Shown: in pieces, positions 28,773 through 43,148 of the stretch | How the letters are laid out: every line of letters begins with the position of its first letter | Position numbering within the stretch: the stretch's first letter is position 1 | NCBI GenBank assembly: GCA_964016885.1 | Contig: OZ024743.1 | Location: 220,968,001-221,032,000, forward strand | Direction of reading: 5' to 3' | From: Eledone cirrhosa | Taxonomy: Eukaryota | DNA length: 64,000 bases | The notes under the pieces: model-generated | Told to the model about the DNA's origin: nothing | The model's database searches: none | Seen by the model: only the letters and a program-made list of their open reading frames with translations | Made by a program: the position numbers and the translations under genes

Positions 28773-29472
28773 ATCTTTTTATGATCTCCCTATCTTTCTC
28801 TTTTTATGAATCTATCTGTATGTATGTATGTAAATAAATACTAAAAAAATGTAAGGGCAATAAATAAGGACGAAAAGGAATAGCGGACACAAATCTACCG
28901 AAATTTAGCGAACTTCACCGAAATTTGCCGAACATTCTACTAAATTCTTCCTATATTCTGACATTTAAAGGAAGAAGACAAGATGCATTTCTAATGGAAT
29001 ACAATAAACATTGGTAGAAGGAAGCTTCCATTACAAAGAGATATACGCTGGAACTCTAGTGTTTATATGCTATAAAATAGCAGAATCCATTCTGCTGTGA
29101 ATATATAATTTCTACACGGCAGTTAAAATTCGAAATATTGCGATAGCCCACTCTATAAAATATCGAAATAATCTTCTTGATATTTATCTGGTAATATCGT
29201 TAAAATATGTATACATAGGCTCAGTTGTTTTCATAGTGAGTGTGTGTTGTATATTTTGGAATGTGCGTTTGTGCTTGTGTATTTCTATAGCAATGTGTTT
29301 GCCCGTGTGATGTCTGTATTAATAATGTTGATTTGTGTACCTGGCACTCTGTGGATGTGTATGTGCCCGGGAGTATGTTTCGTGGCCGTTTTGTAAAAAA
29401 ATTATATACATTTCAATTATATTTACTTTTAGTTTTTACGAGGTAATGTTATGTAATGACCAATAAATAAAT

Positions 29473-29530
<58 letters not shown>

Positions 29531-29946
29531 GCACAGAGGGACAGAGTGTGTGAGAGAGAGAGAGAGAAAGAGATGGAGAGAGAGAGAGTGAGAGAGAGGG
29601 CGAGAGAGAGAGTGAGAGAGGGAGAGAGATATGTATGTGTGAGTATGAATGCATTTGAATGTATCTCTTTTTGTGAGCCAACGCAATGTAAAAACATGTA
29701 TATTTATCTATGCATACATAATTGTAAGTATGATTTCATGTATACACGCAGACAGACACACACAAACACACCCACCCACACATATATATGTGTGTGGGTG
29801 TGTGGGTGTGTTCGTGCGTGTATGTATGTTTATTACAAACTTCATTTTACGCCTCATATCACACATTTCGCGCTATCCATACTTATCCATACATATCCAT
29901 ACATATCCATATATATATATATCCATATATATGTATCCATACATAT

Positions 29947-30139
<193 letters not shown>

Positions 30140-30288
30140 TGCTATATGGAAATATTCTGTAATTATACTTCTTAGGACAATTGAAAAGCCCCCGTTGTCA
30201 AAAGGCAACCCATTTTCACGTTTTGATAAATAGCCAGTAACAACCATAAATCTCTCTTTCTCTCTATTCTTTCTCCCCCTTTAATTCT

Positions 30289-30394
<106 letters not shown>

Positions 30395-30421
30395 ATATAT
30401 ATATTACATATGTGTACACAT

Positions 30422-30452
<31 letters not shown>

Positions 30453-30964
30453 AAAATACATATATATGTCAGTAAATACTCTCAATATTGCTAACTCTCT
30501 ATTTTACATCTTTCGTCACTATAATTCTCATTTCTCAACAGTAATGGACATTATACTTGTGTTTGTGTGTTTGTGTGTTTCCGTTTCTTATGTGGTCTGT
30601 GTATGTCTGACTTTCTCTGTTTTTCGTCTATTTGTTCACTCTACTGTCCTAGTATGTAATATTGTCGGAATATGATATTAAAATATTGAAATTACTTTTC
30701 TATATTTAACAACCATGTCTCCTTTTTTTTTGTTCTTATCTGAATATTCCTGTGTATAATAAAATTCGATAATTCAGCATTGACAATAATTGATATCAAT
30801 ACGGTATCATGTCCTTTGCAAAGCAGCAGATCAATATTGCCTCATCGTCCCAGTAGGCAGACATTGCGAATGCTTTCCTCAGAGGATAGCGAGGGGGATT
30901 CACTGATAAAAGTCGTATGTATAATATACGTGAAGTCGCGTGACTTATTGGTCACAGTGGAGAT

Positions 30965-31740
30965 AGTAAATGTCGTGGGTTTCAGCACTGAACAGAGCTG
31001 TGTATGGTGTTGTTGAGCAACATATTACTCAAATTGACACAAATGAATAGTAGTAACATGCAACAGACTGGGATATGCTTTGGGTTTCCTACAAACCTTG
31101 CCAGCTTATGTAAACCTTACAACCGACAGGGATGCCGTAGTCAAGTGAAGTCTTGTTCTCTCAGTCCTTTAACGCCACATGAAACTGAGATAATCTCCTG
31201 CTTTCGTCCAATTCAGGCCAGCTTGTAAATGTTGTGGGTTTCAGCGCCGGATAAAAGCTGCGTATTGTGTTTTTGAGTAAAGCATTTCATTCCATGCTGC
31301 TCCAATCCACACAGATGAATAAGAGTAGCAGGAATAGTAGCAGTCACTTCTGTTAAACTTGCAACAGACTGGGGTTAGCTTTGGGCTTCGTACAGACCGT
31401 GCCAGCTTATGTAAGCCTTACGACCAACAGGGATGCTGTGGTCAAATAATTGTTTAGACTTTTTTGGCACAAGGCCAGCAATTTCCCGGTACATTACTGG
31501 TACTTTATTTTATCGACCCCGTAAGGATGAAAGGCAAAGTGAACCTCGGCGGGATTTGAACTAAGACCGTAAAAGGACGTAACTATGCTGGAAAGCATGG
31601 CGTCCGACTCTCTACCGATACTTCCAATCCACCACCTTTGTGGATCAATGCTGTGGTCAAATAATGTCTCGTATTTTAGTCCTTTAACGTCGCATGAAAC
31701 TGAGATAATCTCCAGCTTTCGTTCAATTCGCGCCAGCTTA
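30965..31740 (+). repeat. Two degenerate tandem copies of an old SINE-like repeat
   Basis: GTAAATGT-GTGGGTTTCAGC...GCAACAGACTGGG...GCCAGCTTATGTAA...CATGAAACTGAGATAATCTCC occurs twice. Confidence 0.65.
31451..31647 (-). mobile_element. SINE with an 18-bp TSD, inserted in an older repeat
   Basis: ATGCTGTGGTCAAATAAT at 31433-31450 and 31648-31665. Confidence 0.85.
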
Positions 31741-32409
31741 AAGTATATTCAAATATATAGATTGTATTACGATATTGATTACATCACGATGAATTATTTC
31801 AACAAATAATGATTAACAAATATTAATCGCCATAATTTATCAAGATGCTGCACTATCTTTTGTCAGAAATGATGCAGACATGATCACAAATAAATCATAA
31901 CATTGATTATATTTAGACAATTAATCGTACTTGTTCTCCGTGCTTAGTTATAACTTGTGGCGATTAACGTTCATTGTATATAGCGAGTCAAGTAAGTGTT
32001 AAATTAAGGCTAAACCGAAACCAACATGACATGGGTTCAACTGCCAAATAAAGGCTTTTCAAAACTCTATACTCTTTTCATCTTTTTATGCTCTCTATTT
32101 CTCTCTTTCTTCCTTCTCTCTTTTTCTGTCACCTCTGTCTCTTTCTATTTTTATCTCCCTTTCTATATGTATAGGAAAAGAGTCAGTGAACTAGCGTTTT
32201 CTATATATATATATATATATGTATAACGAAGGAAATGTGGTAAGGAACCAGGTGGACCATAACGCACCAAAGTACTCAATACTTGAGGTAGTAGAGTGGG
32301 TAATAGGAACCAGTAAGACCGCGACAGCTGAGCTCAAGCCGTTTCGACGGCTAATTCAGAATTAGCCGTCGAAACGGCTTGAGCTCAGCTGTCGGGGTCT
32401 TACTGGTTC

Positions 32410-32441
<32 letters not shown>

Positions 32442-32466
32442 TTGGAAACTCTGCTTCGTAGAATCG

Positions 32467-32563
32467 AGACGTATCTGAGGACCTTGCGATTTCAGAATCA
32501 GGTTCGATCATTACATCGATCGTGCCTCGAGCTGGTCGCCAGAGAAACGATTGTAATATGTCT
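32467..32563 (+). ncRNA. Type-I hammerhead ribozyme with extended stem II
   Basis: AGACGTAT-CTGAGGA-CCTTGCGA...TCGCCAGA-GAAACGATTGTA-ATATGTCT. Stem I of 8 bp (one G-U), GUA cleavage triplet, AATAAA immediately after (32564-32569). Confidence 0.75.
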
Positions 32564-32685
32564 AATAAATTTTATTCGTCGCAACACTGATTCTCCGTTT
32601 TTTATGTGATATCATACTCTGCTCTGTAAGAGCATCGAGTGCTCAAACGGCCTACCCCCTACGGACGCTTTAAGCATCCAACACC

Positions 32686-32738
<53 letters not shown>

Positions 32739-32742
32739 TACA

Positions 32743-32789
<47 letters not shown>

Positions 32790-33479
32790 AAACTTGAACG
32801 GGAACAAAAACAGAGAGGCAGTACAAATAAAAGTTTATTAGGTTCACGATCTTGAATATATACATATGTATATATATATACATATGTATATATATATACA
32901 TATGTATATATATAGATATGTATATATTCATTTACAAATATATGTTTATATATATATAGTTGTCTAAGGGTTAAAGTGCTTGTCTCACGATCGTGGTGTC
33001 TATTACTGGAATGGGTAGTGTATTGTGCTCTTGAGCAAAACGCTTCATTTCACGTCACCTTTCATGATAAGCGTGGGAACATTATAATTAAACCACCTGA
33101 AAAAGCTCATGTGAGACACAATGTCATAGGGGAGACTAGATATACTTGCGTAAGTGTGAGCTTTGAATTTCATAATTTACTATTTCTTTTGTCTGGTGAC
33201 ATTTATAGAAAATCTATGTCCGGTGGGATAAACGTGATTGATATTAGAAAAGCACCAACATCTATGACCACTCAAATTGCTAAAAATAACATCACATTTC
33301 CTCTAAGTATAGCGGGCATATTCGATGATGTATTCTTATATACACTATGCCTTAATACATAATGGGATATTATCGTCGATCGACTGGAACGCTTTTGATC
33401 ACAAGCCCGCAGCTCCGGATCATGACCTCTGACTAAACAACAAAAGTAAGAGCGGAAATAGTTGAAGTTAGAAATTAGA

Positions 33480-33670
33480 ATGGACCTCCACCAATTTCGA
33501 CGATGATTTTCCAAAAGTTTGATCAATAGAACATCCTGCTCGTGAAATAAACTTGCAGGCAGCTGGGTATTCCCCAGATACTAGTACCCATAATATAATC
33601 CTGAAGAGGATTCAGTATGACTGAGTGTATGATATAGGTTCTTCTTTGAATAATGGGTACAGCCCATCAG
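33480..33670 (+). repeat. Dispersed repeat, three degenerate copies in the window
   Basis: CGACGATG...GATCAATAGAACATCCTGCTCGTGAAATAAAC is shared with 55928-56040 (+) and 6525-6660 (-). Confidence 0.6.
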
Positions 33671-33699
33671 ACGGGCTTCCAAACAGTTTCTGTCACCAT

Positions 33700-34010
33700 C
33701 GTCAGCCCTGGAAAGTCCATTTTTTGATATTCCCCAAGCTGCATCACCTGTGCCACTGCTGGGCCATTCCTGTCCCAAATCTTTCAATTTTCTCAAGGTC
33801 GTCTCATCGCTAGTGCCCTCAGCTTCTTGTGTGAATTTTTGGGGTCCAGAAGGTGACGTGAGTGGTTCATCTGCTGTTAGTCATTCTGGCAATGTGTCCT
33901 GTCCGCTTCCATTTTGCTTTCCATTTCTAGACTGCCGAGCTCCTTTGTTTTTCTCGGATCCTTTCGACGGTTTTTCAATCTCACCATGTGATGTTTAACA
34001 CTATCCTATG
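33700..34010 (-). mobile_element. Degenerate RTE-clade LINE C-terminal remnant
   Basis: KWKRTGHIARMTNSR*TTHVTFWTPKIHTRS*GH*R*DDL resembles the RTE consensus KW-x-WAGHIAR-x-TD-x-RW...W-x-P...RGRP...RW-x-DDL. Confidence 0.65.
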
Positions 34011-34369
34011 CTTGGCTCTTTGCATTGTTCGAACAGTTTCTGTTGCTATGTTAACAGAAATGTTTGGAGGATACCAGGCACTAGGATCAAATCTAGGAAC
34101 TTATGACTGAGGAGCGAACTTCTAATCCATTTGTATAGGCTACGTCCACGCTAAGAATGTCAATTTATTAGAAATAACCTAACCCATCATCAACATCTAG
34201 GGCTCCAGCAACTACAGCCAATATACATGCTTAATGTAGCAGCTAAACTTCTGAAATTACGTCGACCACAAAACGAAGAGTAAGGACTTCAGGAACCGAA
34301 AAGCAAATCACAAAATATATAAAGAAATATAAAAGAAAACAAAAAAAAACAATGTATAAATAAACTTAC

Positions 34370-34574
34370 TCCGACTAAATGGCACATGGATATAGTTAAG
34401 CCAATTGCAAGTGGTTTGCTTCCGAGTTCCTTGCGATTTGGGTCAATTGTGGCAAAGATTGTGAAGATGAGGATAAAAGTCAAGATCAGTTCGATACCGC
34501 ATGCTTGTCCTTTAGTGAGATGGCGATGAACTTGAGTGACACCCAAGTCTTGTCGGCACGTCTCTGGTACAATT
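34370..34574 (-). CDS. Internal coding exon of a classical (AQP1/AQP4-type) aquaporin, covering loop C, TM4, loop D and TM5
   Basis: 205-bp exon with a polypyrimidine tract and tttcAG acceptor (34575-34576) and a GTAAGT donor (34369-34364). After 1 nt it reads IVPETCRQDLGVTQVHRHLTKGQACGIELILTFILIFTIFATIDPNRKELGSKPLAIGLTISMCHLVG. This matches the MIP motifs E-x-I-x-TF-x-L-x-FTIFA-x2-D-x2-R and GS-x-P-LAIGL-x5-HL. It ends in phase 0 just before the expected TGASMNPARS exon. Confidence 0.92.
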
Positions 34575-35201
34575 CTGAAATATGAGAAAAAAAATATAAA
34601 GAAATATAAAGAAATAAACGAAAACATTGAGAAAATGAAATTATCTTGTTTTTCGGTGAATAAGACATTACTGTATGTTTGGAATATAAGACACTTTTAT
34701 ATAAAAATGCATTTTACTTTAGATAAAAAGAAGTTTGGAAAGATTTGATGCCAAAATTAATTATATACTACAATATATTTTTCAAACTAGTTTTGTGAAA
34801 CGTAATATGGCGCCTAATAAGGAAATATGTTTAACGAAACAGAAGCAAATAAAATTCCTGTAAATTTGAACAGATTAACGTATTCATATATCTAGATTAG
34901 ATGATGTCTATAAGAAGGGATTAGATTGAACAAAATTCATATTCAGTTAAATATATATACATACGCACATACCTATCTATCTTTCTACCTCTCTTCATCT
35001 CTCTATATCTCCCCTTCCCCCCCCCCCCCCCCTTTCTCTCTCTCGATATATATATATATATATATATTATAGTGGTTTCTGATTCATATATATATATATA
35101 TAATTTTTTCTACTTTTGGCACAAGGCCAGCAATTACCCAGTGCATTACTGGTACTTTATTGCACTGGGTAATTGCTCGCCTTGTGCCCAAAGTAGAAAC
35201 A

Positions 35202-35238
<37 letters not shown>

Positions 35239-35930
35239 GTTATAAAGAAATCACGGATGCACAGATGTTGAAGTTTAATATTTCTTTTATTAATAGTTAT
35301 TCTACCACATATTCCAATACAATACAATATACCTGACCAATAGAATCTGGATTGTTATAGAATAGATTAGCTCATATTGCCGGGGAATATTGTAATCTCG
35401 TTTCATCATTACAAATTCTGTGTGTGGGCAGTAGTGATATACTGTATATGTTTGAACATTTAAGGAGTCAGTGGAAGCTAACATCTATGATTTGTTCCCT
35501 CAACTTCTAATAGCATTGAAGATTATTTTATTAAAGGTTCATGCCTTTCAAACTTCGACCGATAAAAAAAACAGATCATACATTCATTGTAGAGAGTCTT
35601 TTAGAGTGAAGCATTTATGATTAAGATGTTTAATTCTTTATTACGCAGTGTTTAAATGTAAAATCATTTGAAATTATTATATATAAAGTTGTTAAGATGT
35701 TAATGGTTGCGTTGAACTAATGATAAAGAGCATTTAATCGGCTTTCACTATTCCCTAAATTGCTGGTAGTATGCCAAAATGAGAAACCATTAATTTATTG
35801 ACCTCTGGAATATTTGGACCTAAAGAGCCGGGAAAATTACCACTAAGCTTGTGTTAGATACTCTAACGATTCCGCTAATCCTTGCAAATATAATACATAC
35901 GAAAATACACACATATATACATACATACAT

Positions 35931-36490
35931 ACATGGTGGCTGCCAACTCGTTTTCGAGTACGGCCACTACTTTATATCCATGTAGGAGAACCCCTACCGA
36001 TGCGCTGAACGAGTGTGACTTTTTAGTCCAGCCAGCGACTTGAAAACTCTGGTACAAACACTACACTTGTGACAATTATTGACACATAGTGCTCGGCCCG
36101 AGGTACCATGTGACGACAAGGGCAGCGAGATCTCCAGATATAAAGCAATGCCTGTGCCGTGAAGCTTTTATAGTGAGCAAAGGCACTGCACAAAGCCAGT
36201 CCCACTCACTTAACCAAGATGATATTTACCAAAAAGAAGAACAAGTCAACATCATTGAATACCATCAGGGTTGCAGGTGTTATATCAGATTTTTCCTTCT
36301 CCTAGAATTCTGCCTTGACAAAGGCTAAGGGGTCATATCTCCCGGTGATTTTGGATGGCCATTGACTCTTAAGAGCTCCTTTGCCCTTTGACAGGTTTTG
36401 TTTTTAGTCCTGCAGGATGTCCAAAGTCACCCTCCTAACCTAGAAACCTTGGTGGGGTTGCCAGTTTAGTCACCAACAACCCGACCATAC
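35931..36490 (-). mobile_element. Second copy of the (ATGT)n-flanked retroposon, without the LTR insertion
   Basis: Reverse complement of 15408-15792 plus 16121-16295. (CATA)n on both sides. Confidence 0.8.
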
Positions 36491-37383
36491 ATACATACAT
36501 ACATACATACATACATACATACATACATACATACATACATACATACATAAATACATACGTCCATAAAGATAGACATACATATATACATACATGCATATAT
36601 TAATGCATACATATATTATACAAGCATACAGACAAACAGACATGCAAGCATACAGACATACATAAACACAAATACACACGCGGGCACAAGCACGGAGAAG
36701 GATATCATTTACTTATATTTTGAAAGATGTTATGAAGGCGACACCGCTCATATTTCAAATGTTGTGCGCCAGAGCGTGTGGGTGCGTGCGTGCATGCATG
36801 CACATACATGCAGGCGAAATCCCGTAAATATGTACACATACAGTGGCATGTTTGAATATATCCCTGGGTGTTCATATGTAAGTATATAAATGTATGTACG
36901 AGTGAGCATACATATGCATCTGCGTATGCGTATGTTTATGTACGTAAATATGTGTAAGCTTACACCAATAGGTGTCTGCCTGGATATGTATGTACGGGCA
37001 AGCATATATACATCCAGTTATGCGTGCTTGTGTACGGGCGTGAATGCATATATGAATGTGCACCCGAATGTGGAGCTTCTTTTCATATTATCAACCGTTC
37101 TGTTCTCCAATTATTAAGGGAATAAACATCTGACATCATCTTTTTTAGCTCGTTTAATGTCTCTCGTGTATCGTTTTTGAACGTCGATTCCACAACCAAT
37201 CGAAAACAAAACACAGCATATCAATAACGTGTTATATATATATATATATATAACGTGTTATTGATATGCTGTGTTTTGTTTTCGATTGGTTGTGGAATCG
37301 ACGTTCAAAAACGAAACATATGCATATATATATATATATAATGTAGGAGGTGAGTTTTATTGTAGTACTTATATTATAAGTTT

Positions 37384-37447
<64 letters not shown>

Positions 37448-37483
37448 CAATATATACTTATATTTTTTTATATATTATACATG

Positions 37484-37514
<31 letters not shown>

Positions 37515-37584
37515 GCGTGTGTGTGTGTGTGTGTACTAATTTTTTCCTCTTTATTTTCTTATCATCGTATTATATATAGTGATA

Positions 37585-37990
37585 TATGTATGTACACATG
37601 TATATGTATATATGTATGTGTATGTATGTACACATGTATATGTATATATGTATGTGTATGTATGTACACATGTATATGTATATATGTATGTGTATGTATG
37701 TACACATGTATATGTATATATGCATGTGTATGTATGTACACATGTATATGTATATATGCATATGTATGTATATGCACATGTATATGTATATATGTATGTG
37801 TATGTATGCACACATGTATATGTATATATGTATGTGTATGTATGTACATATTTATATGTATATATGTATGTGTATGTATGTACACATGTATATGTATATA
37901 TGCATGTGTATGTATATGCACATGTATATGTATATATGTATGTGTATGTATGTATGCATGTATGTGTATATATGCATCTGTATGTATGCA
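37585..37990. repeat. 36-bp minisatellite, about 11 units
   Basis: Unit TATGTATGTACACATGTATATGTATATATGTATGTG, which gives the 12-aa periodic ORFs. Confidence 0.9.
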
Positions 37991-38144
37991 TGTTTGTGTG
38001 TTATTTATGCTTTATATATTACGGTTCATCACATATTTTTGTTTCATTTATTTTTAATCCCAATAACGGTGTTTCTTGCTAATAATCTCTTGTGTATTGT
38101 TTCCTCCGTGACTCTAATTATTGCTGTGATGATTAACAATATGG

Positions 38145-38185
<41 letters not shown>

Positions 38186-38190
38186 GCTAC

Positions 38191-38222
<32 letters not shown>

Positions 38223-38227
38223 TTGAG

Positions 38228-38338
<111 letters not shown>

Positions 38339-38639
38339 ACTGAGTTTCTTTTAGTTTTTGATTTTTGTGGAAAAGATGTGAAAGAGCGAGATGTGAGAAG
38401 ATGAAATATGTTGTGTTATTGTCATATTTTTGTGACTCGAGTTATTGTCTTCGATATCATTCGCTAGTTTATATCGCTGGATTGTTATTCTCCTGTTAAT
38501 TGCTGGTGTTGTCGATATTGTTGTTGTCATAATACAACGTGGATATTACTTTGCACATGTGTTTTAAACGCGTGAACACTTACATCCCCACACACCCCGC
38601 ACACCATACAAACATACATAAACAAGCATGTAATAACAC

Positions 38640-38719
<80 letters not shown>

Positions 38720-38876
38720 CAAAGTAATTAATGTAAGGAACGAGATGGACCTTAACGCACCAGAGTGCTCAATACTTAGGGTAGTAGAGTGGGTAATAGG
38801 AAAAAGTATGACCCCGACGGGGTCTGGAAATAGCCGTCGAAACGGCTTGAGCTCTGCCGCCGGGGTCATACTTTTT

Positions 38877-38910
<34 letters not shown>

Positions 38911-38914
38911 TAGA

Positions 38915-39585
38915 TTTCTTTATTAGCCACAAGGGCGCAACAAGAAAGGGGACAATACAAAGACATGCCGGGGATTTTACATACAGTCGTGTAAAAAATA
39001 TAAAAACAAACAATTTCAACAATCGAAATCCCCAATAGGGGGGAGGCGCCACAAATGGGTTGTTTAATACCCCGTCGATAGAACAACCCTCAACTCGAGG
39101 AGCGTGTTGTGCAAGTGCTCCTTTCTTCCTTTTGCTCTCTTCCTCAACCTACAGGCTTATAAACAGAGAAGGCCCAATCACTCGGGCCATTTTCGCTTCA
39201 TTCACCCACCTTTCAGTAAATTTACTGGGGTGCAGTGCCTCTCTCTCCACCCTGATTCTCCTTCTAAAGTGATACTTAAAGAAGGGAATCAATTGTTGTC
39301 CGGAGAGAAAGGCATCTGTCCTAAGTCCTCTCAACCTCGTCCACCATATAACTTCTTTCACCATAGCCACCGTACAGAGGAAAACCACCTCTCTTTCGCT
39401 TTTGAAAGAGTCTGGCGGTTTGATCCTTACTATGGACTCGGCAGTAAATTGTATTTGTCCCATACGCGACAGCAGTTGTTCTGCATAGTTCCACGGGTCG
39501 CTTACGCCCGGGCAGTGTACAATTGCGTGCAGAACTGTTTCAATGTCCTGCGCACATCTTGGACACGTCCTCTTGGAAGGTTCCC
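38915..39585 (-). mobile_element. Tx1/L1-like LINE 3' end: ORF2 C-terminal CCHC zinc knuckle plus 3' UTR
   Basis: CPRCAQDIETVLHAIVHCP motif in ORF 39149-39592. The 3' end GCCCTTGTGGCTAATAAAGAAA is followed by TCTATCTATA. Confidence 0.85.
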
Positions 39586-40403
<818 letters not shown>

Positions 40404-40426
40404 ATATATATACATATATATATATA

Positions 40427-40507
<81 letters not shown>

Positions 40508-40633
40508 GTAGGAGGTGAGTTTTATTGTAGTACAATAAAGCAATGCAGATATCGGATAAGAAGCACTCTACAGTTTGTAGGACTGGAGTATACATAATAT
40601 ATAAGATCAAAAGATGGTTAAATGAGTTCCATG

Positions 40634-40704
40634 TATTTTATTATGCGCATTTCAAAAACAAATATCACCATGCAATAACATTTGTGTTTTCATCAGATAA
40701 AATA
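40634..40704 (-). ncRNA. Type-I hammerhead ribozyme (best-formed copy in the window)
   Basis: Minus strand: TATTTTAT-CTGATGA-AAACACAAATGTTATT GCAT GGTGATATTTGTTTTT-GAAATGCGCATA-ATAAAATA. Perfect 8-bp stem I, long stem II, palindromic stem III (ATGCGCAT), AUA triplet. Confidence 0.85.
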
Positions 40705-40828
40705 GGAGGACATGATATTTGATATATTTGATATGTGATATTTGTTTTTGAAATGCGCATAATAAAATACATGGAACTCATTTAACCATCTTTTGATCTT
40801 ATATATTATATATATATATATGTATATG

Positions 40829-40880
<52 letters not shown>

Positions 40881-40900
40881 CACATATATATATATATATA

Positions 40901-40956
<56 letters not shown>

Positions 40957-41460
40957 AGTGTGTGTGTCGCATAGGTGTGGGTGTTTGCGCACTCATTTGT
41001 GTGTGTACATATATATTATTTATCTACAAATTGTTGTCCTCGTCAGAACCACACTGCTGGTTTTCTCTATCTCTGTGTTATTGTGTTGTCTTATATATAT
41101 CTATACGTCGGCTTGTTTAAACTGTCGTGCAGCCTCCGTTCACTATATTGCCATTTTAGCCTTATGCACGATATTTCCTCAGATATGGGAGCGAAAATGA
41201 AGATATATGGTATTAATTTTCTACCCATACGTGTTTCGATTTTTCCACAATTCTTTACATATATTTACTAGCGCAACCCCGCAGACACACAAACACACAT
41301 ACACACACACACATATACATACAGTCACGCGCACACATACATACGCTAACTCAAACGCATATTTACACATATACATAATGTATGTGTGCGCTTGTCTATG
41401 AGCGTTTGTGCGCGTGTGTTTACAGAGAGAAAGAGAGCGAGATAGATAGACTGATAGATA

Positions 41461-41841
41461 CGTTTCTTTATTAGCCACAGGGGCACAAAAGAAGGGGACA
41501 AATACAAAGGGGGAAGTTTACATACAATAAAAACGTGTAAAATGTTATCACAAATGCAATTTAAAAAGTTAGTCGATTTTCCTCAATAGGGGGAAACAGT
41601 TCATATGGGTAACACATACCCCCGAAAAAATGTGCAACCTTCAACTCCAGGAGTACGAAGAGTTTGTACTCCTTTCCTCTCCTCCTCCTTTTCCTCAACC
41701 TACAGGCTGATATAGAGAGAAGGCCCATTCACTCGGGCCATTCTCGCCACTTTCACCCACCTTTCATAAAACTTGCTGGGGTACAGCACCTCTCTCTCCA
41801 TCCTGATTCTTCTTCCAAAGTGGTATTTGAAAAAAAGAATC
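41461..41841 (-). mobile_element. Tx1/L1-like LINE 3' fragment (divergent subfamily) with a 17-bp TSD
   Basis: Similar to 38915-39290. AGATAGACTGATAGATA occurs at 41444-41460 and 41842-41858. Confidence 0.8.
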
Positions 41842-41850
41842 AGATAGACT

Positions 41851-41921
<71 letters not shown>

Positions 41922-42261
41922 TGAAACTAGTCCGATCTTAAAATCGGACCAAGGAAACTATGTTATCAATTGTTCTGTTCATTACTGATATGTTCCGTAT
42001 ATTACAACATCTAACCTTACATCCATATATTTCCTTCTTTTCCTCTTTCTATCTATTAACTTAAATGTTTTTTTATCTATATCTCTTTCACAACATAAAC
42101 CAATGTCAATATCTCTATATTACTTTTTTACACACATAGATTTGCACAGTATATTGTAACGGTAAATGAAATCCATTGTATTTTCCGGGTACAGCACTAG
42201 AATATAAACATTTCTCTCACCTTCCGTCCCTCCTCCCCTCTCTCACTCACAGTTCTCTCTT

Positions 42262-42354
<93 letters not shown>

Positions 42355-42551
42355 ATCTCTCTCTCATTTCTCCCTCTCTCCATTCTCTTTATATATATAT
42401 GTGTGTGTGTGTGCGTGCGTGTGTGTGTTAAGTATTTCCGTAGAAAAGCTAAAGGAAAGAAGAGTGCTCTATGTATAGTACAGAGCTATTTAATTATGTA
42501 ATAAACAACACAATATAAATATTCCATTACCCAAGGTTTTGCGAAGTTAGA

Positions 42552-42590
<39 letters not shown>

Positions 42591-42594
42591 ATAT

Positions 42595-42639
<45 letters not shown>

Positions 42640-42909
42640 AGAACAAAGCTTTTCATATTGAGGTTTTTATTGATTAGGCTCACTTACGAACGTTTCACAA
42701 GATGGGTGGTTCAAGGTCTCTGTTCGGGTTATGGACCTGACTTCAACTGCAAAGTACTCATCAGACTTTTTAATCAAGCAAAACCAATAGATCAGATGAG
42801 ATCCGCTCTAGTCTGATGAGCAGATTGGGGCTGGAGTCGTATAATATCAGTAGATTCCTAATGATTTCATACGAATGAAATATTTCTAGTCCTCTAGAAA
42901 TCATTTCTC

Positions 42910-42964
<55 letters not shown>

Positions 42965-43024
42965 TGGAATACCATAACTGGACTTCACCTATGTGGACTG
43001 CATTTAACTATTATTTGTTAATCC

Positions 43025-43148
<124 letters not shown>

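Noticed and set aside
33272-33796. Possible Tc1 transposase remnant from ORFs 33272-33526 and 33581-33796
   Set aside because: No DDE motifs. The region is better explained by a non-coding dispersed repeat plus an RTE remnant.
38470-38490. Minus-strand NPA codons (also near 47955-47965) as other aquaporin exons
   Set aside because: Followed by a stop within one or two codons, and lacking GHINPA or SMNPARS context.
42810-42845. CTGATGAG core word
   Set aside because: No matching stem II or GAAA partner for this word.
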